A DNA stretch of 10,507 nucleotides from Candidatus Pacearchaeota archaeon (GTDB lineage: Archaea; Nanobdellota; Nanobdellia; Pacearchaeales; GW2011-AR1). The stretch's first letter is position 1, and every line of letters starts with the position of its first letter. Shown here piece by piece: positions 5,871 to 10,507 of the stretch. Below the pieces are notes generated by a model. The model was given only the letters and a program-made list of their open reading frames with translations, did not search any database and was not told the origin of the DNA. The stretch lies in contig NZCB01000006.1 in NCBI GenBank assembly GCA_002688165.1, positions 12,958-23,464 on the forward strand. Reading direction: 5' to 3'. The position numbers and the translations under genes are program-made.

Positions 5871-6749
5871 TTAACGACGTTTTCTACTTGTTGTAGAATT
5901 TTTATGGTGTCCTGCATGTTTGTTTTTTCTTCCCCACCACCAGAAAAGTGTTATTAAAATGATGATTCCAATAATCCAATAGATAAAACTATTTTGACCA
6001 TTTTGATCTCTAGCTCTATCCACAAAATATGTAGGATCATAATTTACAGTTTTTTCTAGATTTCTTCTAACACCTGTTTTATCAGTATAATAAATATCTA
6101 GAATGATGTCTCCTTCTTTTGGGGTTGCCTCAAAACTGAATGTTGTGTCTTCATTTGAATCTAAGCTTCCAATAATGTTTCTATTACTTCCTTTTAGAAG
6201 AATATTTTCTTGTTTTTTAATTTCAATTGTTAATGATTCAATATCGCTTTCTGCAATATTTAATATTTCAAAAGTAATTTCTTTTTTATCTTGAACATAA
6301 TCTTTAATAGAAACTTCAAAATCTGCCCTAGAATCTTCAATATTAATTTCAAAATCAACTATTTGATTAGAGGAAGTATCTGAATTTAAAAATGCTTCAA
6401 TTTGGCTTTGACCATCTAGGGCATTTTTATCTATTATTACTGTGTATGGTGCTAAAAAGAAGTCTCCGTAGTTTCTTACAAAAACTCCTGAATTAATACT
6501 TGTAGTTGCACTTGTTCCCTCTTCAATTTTTATTGGATAAGATTCGATTAACGTGAATTCTACTTTTCCACAAGAAGGATTACTGACTCCATCAATTTGG
6601 AAAACCAATTTAACAGATTCTCCAGGAATTGCGGGATAGGGATCTTGATTAACTAATGAGGCACTTAATGTACAGCTTTGTGTTTCTGCAAATACAGGCG
6701 TAATGCTAACTAATAGTAGGATCATAAAAATAATAACACGCTCTTTCAT
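5871..6749 (-). CDS. Secreted, C-terminally membrane-anchored surface protein with COG1361/CARDB-like beta-sandwich domains
   Basis: N-terminal signal peptide MKERVIIFMILLLVSITPVFA/ETQ. The segment LVNQDPYPAIPGESVKLVFQIDGVSN resembles the DP.P..PGE.V...F.I.N.G pattern of archaeal COG1361 'S-layer domain' proteins, from memory. A second repeat-like domain is EITFEILNIAESDIESLTIEI...FSFEATPKEGDIILDIYYTD. The C-terminal TM FIYWIIGIIILITLFWWW is followed by a basic tail GRKNKHAGHHKNSTTSRKRR. A TATA-like box (minus strand ATTTAAAAA, 6779..6771) lies about 26 nt upstream. Confidence 0.6.
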   Translation of the reverse strand: MKERVIIFMILLLVSITPVFAETQSCTLSASLVNQDPYPAIPGESVKLVFQIDGVSNPSCGKVEFTLIESYPIKIEEGTSATTSINSGVFVRNYGDFFLAPYTVIIDKNALDGQSQIEAFLNSDTSSNQIVDFEINIEDSRADFEVSIKDYVQDKKEITFEILNIAESDIESLTIEIKKQENILLKGSNRNIIGSLDSNEDTTFSFEATPKEGDIILDIYYTDKTGVRRNLEKTVNYDPTYFVDRARDQNGQNSFIYWIIGIIILITLFWWWGRKNKHAGHHKNSTTSRKRR

Positions 6750-6790
6750 TTTATATCAATGTGAGTTTTGTTTTTAAATCTTATGTTAAT

Positions 6791-6800
6791 TTTATAAAAT
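6791..6800 (+). promoter_or_regulatory. TATA-like box for the nth-like gene
   Basis: tttataaaat lies 20-29 nt upstream of the ATG at 6820 with no SD, consistent with a leaderless mRNA. Confidence 0.4.
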
Positions 6801-6819
6801 GTATTTTCTAAGCTAAAAT

Positions 6820-7431
6820 ATGAATCAAAAAATAGCTCTTAAACAATTGGAACAGATTGATAAATTAAAGGGAGATATGAGGCTTGCTGGAGAGAAATGG
6901 GAAACTAAATATCAAACATTAATATCAATTATTCTTTCAGCAAGAACTTTGGATGAGACGACAATTAAGGTTTGCGAAATTCTTTTTTCAGAATATCCTG
7001 ATGCTAAGTCATTATCAAAATCTTCTGAAAAGAAAATTCAAGATATAATTAAGCGTGTTAATTTTTATAAAAATAAATCTAATAATATTTTGAATTGTGC
7101 AAGGGCTTTAGATGAACAATATGCTGGAGAACCTCCGATGGATTTTAGTAAATTGATTCAATTGTCAGGAGTTGGTGGAAAGACTGCTAATGTTTTTCTC
7201 TCAGAATATGGAGATGATGCAATAGGCATAGATACCCATGTTTCATATATTTCACAATATCTTGGTTGGGTAGAATCAGATAAACCAGATAAGATTGAAG
7301 AAGAGTTGAGGAAACTTTTTCCGAGGAAAAAATGGAAAATACTTAATACAATTTTGGTAAGGTTCGGGAAAAAATACACTTCAAGAAAGGAAAAAGATAG
7401 ATTGTTAGATGAAATAAAGATTATATTTTGA
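6820..7431 (+). CDS. nth: Endonuclease III-like HhH-GPD DNA glycosylase lacking the [4Fe-4S] cluster cysteines
   Basis: Motifs LISIILSARTLDETT, the HhH-GPD block LIQLSGVGGKTANVFL (catalytic-Lys position retained) and AIGIDTHV (catalytic Asp retained). The protein has only two Cys (KVCEIL, LNCARAL) and none in the C-terminal 110 residues, so there is no C-X6-C-X2-C-X5-C motif. Confidence 0.8.
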   Translation: MNQKIALKQLEQIDKLKGDMRLAGEKWETKYQTLISIILSARTLDETTIKVCEILFSEYPDAKSLSKSSEKKIQDIIKRVNFYKNKSNNILNCARALDEQYAGEPPMDFSKLIQLSGVGGKTANVFLSEYGDDAIGIDTHVSYISQYLGWVESDKPDKIEEELRKLFPRKKWKILNTILVRFGKKYTSRKEKDRLLDEIKIIF

Positions 7432-9271
7432 AATTGTTATGTTTCGAACATCTATCTATGGTTTCTTTAGACCACTTAGCCTTTTTATAATAATCTACCT
7501 GGCAGAATTTCCAAAACAACAACTTCAATATGTAAGGATTATACTCTTTAGAATTAATATTATTCAACTCATTAGGATCTTCCCTTAGGTTATAAACTTC
7601 GACCTGATCTGTATTCATATTCAATATAACTTTAATATCTCGATCAATCATCCCAATCTTATACTTATGAGATTGCGTAACAAAATAAATAGATCTATTA
7701 AATTTCATAATATCTCCTTGAAATTCATTAGGAATTTCATATCCAAATAAATCCACAATTGTAGGGGCAAAATCAATATGGCTAACTTTTGATATAGCAT
7801 TATGATGTGGAACTCCGGGTAGATAAATTATAGCAGGCACTAACAACTCTTCATCATAAATAGTAAGTCCATGAGCACCAAAATCATGTCTGTCCTCTAA
7901 ATCATGCCCATGGTCAGAGGTAATTGCAATAACAGTATCCTCTTTCAAACCATTTTCCTCTAAGAAACTTACAATCTTTCCTATTTGCTCATCTACATAT
8001 TTCAAAGAATTATCATGTTTATTCTTCTCAATAGCTTTAGTTCTAACTCTTGGAATCCTATACTCATCTGGCCTAAATTCATCATAACCTTTCGGCCTAG
8101 CATAAGGCCTATGGGTAGATTGAAAATTAAAATACAAGAAGAAAGGTTCACTATCATTAATCACACTATTCATCCAATCAATTCCCTTATCAGCAGTCCT
8201 ATGGTCATAATCTTTCTGCTCATATCCAGTAGAACTACCATAATCATAATCACCATCACTAATCCCATAAGAATAAACATCTAAATTCTGAGTATCAATA
8301 TACTCATTCATTTCCTGCCACCTATCATCTTGGGAAGAAAAATATCCAGTAGTATAACCATTGTCAGAAAAAGAATCCCATAAAAATTTTCTAGGAGATC
8401 TAAGATCTCCTAAATCGGTTCTAATATCGCTCGTGAACATATAACGAGATGACAATAATCCAGGCTGAGCATATTCAGAATGGCTAGCTGTACTATAGGC
8501 ATTTTTGAATACGATACTTTTTTTAGCTAATTTATCGATATTTGGTGTAACATTTCTTTCATTTCCGTAATGCCCAATTCGCTCAGCACTAACTGATTCT
8601 AATAAAACAAAAATTATATTTTTTCCACTAAATTTATCTGTAACATTGGATAAATCATCTAATAGAACTTCTTGATAATCATAAGCAATTAAACTAGCTT
8701 CATCATCAATAATAGCGGCATCAAGATTCAAAAATAAAATGTTTACTAATATTGCTAAAATAAATAAAATAAAATTTAGCCAGAATAAAATCTTTATTTT
8801 TTTCCTTTTTCTACCTCTTAAATCTTTAACATTACTTTTTTTATTAATAAAGAAAACGAATAAAAATCCTATCAATATTAATCCTCCTATAATAAATAAG
8901 GCAGTTTTTATGGGGCCTACTCCTAATAAAAAGATTATTGTCTGTATTCTGAATATTTGCCCAGTTTTAATAAAAGATGCTAGGGCAACTAAGTAGAGAA
9001 CAGAATAAGTTAAGATGAAGGATATTCTAGCAGGGCGACGTAACATTTCTGGAACATATCTTCTCTTTTTAGAAAAGAGAATAGCATTTATAGAAAATAT
9101 TGTAAAATTCAGAAAGGTAAAATAAAATATATTAAAGATATTTCTTAAGGTCCAATCTCCTGAGAATGCAATGGCAATTAATGTTAATAATGAAAGGAAT
9201 ATTGAAAAAAATACGGCAACAGTAGTATGGCTTAACTTTCTAACTATATATTTCCATAACCTCTTTTTCAT
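7421..9271 (-). CDS. LtaS/MdoB/EptA-like membrane phosphotransferase (5 predicted N-terminal TM helices plus an extracytoplasmic alkaline-phosphatase/sulfatase-fold domain)
   Basis: About 185 N-terminal residues form 5 hydrophobic segments. These are followed by NIIFVLLESVSAERIGHYG (acidic metal ligand), AYSTASHSEYAQPG (Ser/Thr nucleophile region) and VIAITSDHGHDLEDRH (DH metal ligands). There is no C/S-x-P-x-R formylglycine motif, so it is not a true sulfatase. Its 3' end overlaps the nth-like gene by 11 nt. Confidence 0.75.
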   Translation of the reverse strand: MKKRLWKYIVRKLSHTTVAVFFSIFLSLLTLIAIAFSGDWTLRNIFNIFYFTFLNFTIFSINAILFSKKRRYVPEMLRRPARISFILTYSVLYLVALASFIKTGQIFRIQTIIFLLGVGPIKTALFIIGGLILIGFLFVFFINKKSNVKDLRGRKRKKIKILFWLNFILFILAILVNILFLNLDAAIIDDEASLIAYDYQEVLLDDLSNVTDKFSGKNIIFVLLESVSAERIGHYGNERNVTPNIDKLAKKSIVFKNAYSTASHSEYAQPGLLSSRYMFTSDIRTDLGDLRSPRKFLWDSFSDNGYTTGYFSSQDDRWQEMNEYIDTQNLDVYSYGISDGDYDYGSSTGYEQKDYDHRTADKGIDWMNSVINDSEPFFLYFNFQSTHRPYARPKGYDEFRPDEYRIPRVRTKAIEKNKHDNSLKYVDEQIGKIVSFLEENGLKEDTVIAITSDHGHDLEDRHDFGAHGLTIYDEELLVPAIIYLPGVPHHNAISKVSHIDFAPTIVDLFGYEIPNEFQGDIMKFNRSIYFVTQSHKYKIGMIDRDIKVILNMNTDQVEVYNLREDPNELNNINSKEYNPYILKLLFWKFCQVDYYKKAKWSKETIDRCSKHNNFKI

Positions 9272-9292
9272 ATATGTTAAAATAATAAGATA

Positions 9293-9304
9293 TTTTTAAA
9301 ATGT
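9293..9304 (-). promoter_or_regulatory. BRE/TATA-like element ACATTTTAAAAA for the LtaS-like gene
   Basis: Read on the minus strand, the leading A (9304) is exactly 33 nt from the A of the ATG at 9271. There is no SD, consistent with a leaderless mRNA. Confidence 0.5.
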
Positions 9305-9337
9305 CCTAAAAAACATTTTAGATATTTTTCAAAAGCA

Positions 9338-9349
9338 ACATTTTAAAAT
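9338..9349 (+). promoter_or_regulatory. BRE/TATA-like element ACATTTTAAAAT for the polyprenol-kinase-like gene
   Basis: It shares the 11-mer ACATTTTAAAA with the minus-strand element. The leading A (9338) is exactly 33 nt from the A of the ATG at 9371. Confidence 0.5.
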
Positions 9350-9370
9350 ACTAAAAATCTAATATAATTT

Positions 9371-9958
9371 ATGGAGCCAAACTTAAAGTTTGAAATAAAG
9401 AGGAAATTTATTCATATTTTTGCACTTCTTTATATTGGGATATATTTATATTTTGCAAATAAATTTAGTCATAATATAGGGTTGTTATCTTTAACTATAG
9501 TTTTAGCATTTTTTTTAGTTTTGGAATATTTTAGAGTATTAAAACAGAAAAAAATTCCTATATTTCATATCTTCTGGAGAGAATCAGAAAAGAATAGATT
9601 AGGGGGGCAAGTATATTTTATAATTGGTGCAATTATTGCTTTTGGAGTTTTTGATAAGAATATAGCAATAACTGCACTTTTAATGACTATATTTGGGGAT
9701 ATGGCAGCAGCAATATTTGGAATAGCTTTTGGAAAACATTGGATCAAAGGACTTAACAATAGGGCTTGGGAGGGTGTAACTGCCCAATTTATGGTAGATA
9801 TCATCATAGCAATGATGATTTTAAATGATTTAACAATATCTATTGCGATGGCTTTTGTTGCAACTTTTGTAGAAACAACATTTAGTCATGTGGATGATAA
9901 TTTATCTATACCTTTATTTTCTGGATTAATAGCACAAATAATAAAACTAATAAAATAA
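9371..9958 (+). CDS. CTP-dependent polyprenol (dolichol/phytol) kinase / CdsA-family cytidylyltransferase-like integral membrane protein
   Basis: 195 aa and highly hydrophobic, with about 5-6 TM segments. FGDMAAAIFGIAFGKHWIKGLNNRAWEGVTAQF matches the CTP_transf_1 family pattern GD..A...G...GK.....(K/R)(S/T/A)WEG. The size fits archaeal COG0170-type dolichol kinases rather than full-length CdsA. Confidence 0.65.
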   Translation: MEPNLKFEIKRKFIHIFALLYIGIYLYFANKFSHNIGLLSLTIVLAFFLVLEYFRVLKQKKIPIFHIFWRESEKNRLGGQVYFIIGAIIAFGVFDKNIAITALLMTIFGDMAAAIFGIAFGKHWIKGLNNRAWEGVTAQFMVDIIIAMMILNDLTISIAMAFVATFVETTFSHVDDNLSIPLFSGLIAQIIKLIK

Positions 9959-9990
9959 AAAGAGGAAAAAAACCGAAGTCTCAATCCTCT
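9951..9990 (-). terminator. Strand-specific compound hairpin with cUUCGg loop followed by a U-tract (minus strand)
   Basis: The minus strand reads AGAGGA-UU-GAGAC-UUCG-GUUUU-UU-UCCUCU (9990..9961), followed by UUUUAUUUUA (9960..9951). The inner stem relies on G:U pairs, which become A:C mismatches on the plus strand, so the full fold forms only in a minus-strand RNA. Confidence 0.4.
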
Positions 9991-10055
9991 ATCAACCGAA
10001 GTTGACAATATATAATGTGCTCTTTACTTTATAAACCTAATGTACCACTCTAAAA

Positions 10056-10084
10056 TAATCAATAACTATTGTTAATCAATAACT
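10056..10084 (+). promoter_or_regulatory. Tandem 12-nt direct repeat TAATCAATAACT x2 abutting a TATA-like box upstream of the CYTH gene
   Basis: The copies lie at 10056-10067 and 10073-10084, a 17-nt period. They are followed immediately by tttatataa (10085-10093), then AAGAGG (10113-10118), then the ATG at 10127. Confidence 0.4.
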
Positions 10085-10126
10085 TTTATATAATCTTTTA
10101 ACCTGAATTTTTAAGAGGTTAATATA

Positions 10127-10507
10127 ATGTCTTGGCTAGAAGTTGAATCAAAAATAAAAATATCTAAGAAAGATCTTCCTTTAATTAGAAAACGTATTAA
10201 AGAAATAGCTAGGTTTTCAGGTGTTGAAACTAAGAAGGATCAATATTATTCATTAGAAAAGGCTTTCTATCCAAGAAAAGCTTTTAGAATTAGATCTAAT
10301 GGAAAAGAGGATATAGTTAATTTTAAAAAATGGCTTAAAAAATTTTGGAAACATGGAATAGTTGTTAAGGAAGAATATGAATTTAAAATAAAAAATAAAG
10401 AAAATTTTTTGGCATTAATGATTGATCTTGGGTTTAAAAAATGGATTGGAAAAACAAAAATAACAGAATTATATAAACACAAAAAATATAAAAAATTGGT
10501 TATAGAA
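10127..10507 (+). CDS. CYTH-domain protein (triphosphate tunnel metalloenzyme / CyaB-type class IV adenylyl cyclase-like), 5' fragment running off the right edge
   Basis: Absent from the ORF track because it is open at the window edge. From the ATG at 10127 the translation is MSWLEVESKIKISKKDLPLIRKRIKEIARFSGVETKKDQYYS...FRIRSNGKEDIVNFKK...EEYEFKIKNKENFLALMIDLGFKKW. The N-terminal E-x-E-x-K (EVESK) is the CYTH signature, and downstream R.R and E.E strands fit the tunnel fold. There are 127 open codons to the end of the window. Confidence 0.75.
   Translation, partial: MSWLEVESKIKISKKDLPLIRKRIKEIARFSGVETKKDQYYSLEKAFYPRKAFRIRSNGKEDIVNFKKWLKKFWKHGIVVKEEYEFKIKNKENFLALMIDLGFKKWIGKTKITELYKHKKYKKLVIE

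Noticed and set aside
4628-5917. Minus-strand ORFs 4628..4840 and 5408..5917
   Set aside because: They are antisense to permease paralog 2, whose identity is well supported. Their composition is Ile/Asn/Pro-rich shadow, typical of AT-rich genomes with few stops on the opposite strand.
5871-5990. PGF-CTERM / archaeosortase-type sorting signal at the C-terminus of the surface protein
   Set aside because: The TM helix plus basic tail superficially resembles a tripartite sorting signal, but no PGF, PEF or similar motif precedes the helix (the sequence is ...QNGQNSFIYWIIG...). It is called a plain C-terminal membrane anchor.
6103-6294. Plus-strand ORF 6103..6294
   Set aside because: It is antisense within the surface-protein gene. 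It has no motif, no promoter-like box and no SD.
7158-9807. ORFs 7158..7379 (-), 7985..8284 (+), 8739..8996 (+) and 9565..9807 (-)
   Set aside because: All are nested antisense to confidently called genes (nth-like, LtaS-like, kinase-like). They translate to low-complexity Ile/Phe/Asn-rich peptides and are treated as shadow ORFs.
9959-10126. C/D-box sRNA or small peptide gene in the large intergenic region
   Set aside because: A CUGA (10103-10106) is present, but I found no RUGAUGA C box or the expected C'/D' spacing. The only ATG-initiated plus-strand ORF (10015, MCSLLYKPNVPL) is 12 aa with no SD. The structured-RNA and terminator interpretation is kept as a finding instead.
10267-10482. 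Minus-strand ORF 10267..10482 (71 aa)
   Set aside because: It is antisense to the CYTH gene and gives a low-complexity peptide with no motif. I considered it as the gene served by the minus-strand hairpin/U-tract at 9951-9990, but it ends more than 270 nt away and has no coding signature. A non-coding antisense transcript is more plausible.
1-10507. CRISPR arrays, IS elements, integrases, prophage or defence-island signatures, and alternative genetic code
   Set aside because: There are no regularly spaced repeats, terminal inverted repeats or recombinase/transposase-like ORFs. The tRNA genes are not flanked by duplicated tRNA 3' fragments of the attL/attR type. All conserved genes read through cleanly with the standard code, and their stops fall at the expected protein lengths.

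Overview
AT-rich, tightly packed window that looks archaeal. Supporting signs are an initiator-type tRNA-Met with A1:U72, a type-2 RNase H, and TATA-like boxes about 21-33 nt upstream of most start codons, which implies mostly leaderless mRNAs. A small-genome, low-GC uncultivated archaeon (DPANN-like) is my guess only. Gene order, left to right: smc 5' fragment (-), rnhB (-), tRNA-iMet(CAU) (-), an atypical Nudix-like protein (+), a cold-shock-domain protein (+), and tRNA-Ser(GCU) (+) followed 17 nt later by a 63-aa CDGSH [2Fe-2S] protein (+). Next comes a three-gene MacB/LolCDE-type ABC operon (ATPase plus two paralogous FtsX-family permeases, +) and a convergent secreted, TM-anchored COG1361/CARDB-like surface protein (-). 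The window ends with an endonuclease III-like glycosylase lacking the Fe-S cluster cysteines (+), a 5-TM LtaS/alkaline-phosphatase-fold phosphotransferase (-), a divergent CdsA/dolichol-kinase-family membrane protein (+), and the 5' part of a CYTH protein (+). I saw no CRISPR array, transposase, integrase, rRNA or obvious pseudogene. The points most worth a second look are listed here. (1) A probable tRNA-Ser/CDGSH co-transcript. (2) A LolCDE-like heterodimeric type VII ABC system abutting a surface protein, within a wider envelope-related neighbourhood. (3) An LtaS-like enzyme and a polyprenol-kinase-like gene driven from a mirror-symmetric divergent promoter. (4) A strand-specific cUUCGg hairpin pair plus U-tract, an orphan minus-strand terminator or small RNA, in the largest intergenic gap. 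(5) A cluster-free Nth. I cannot show that any of these is a new system; all functional calls rest on motif recognition by eye.
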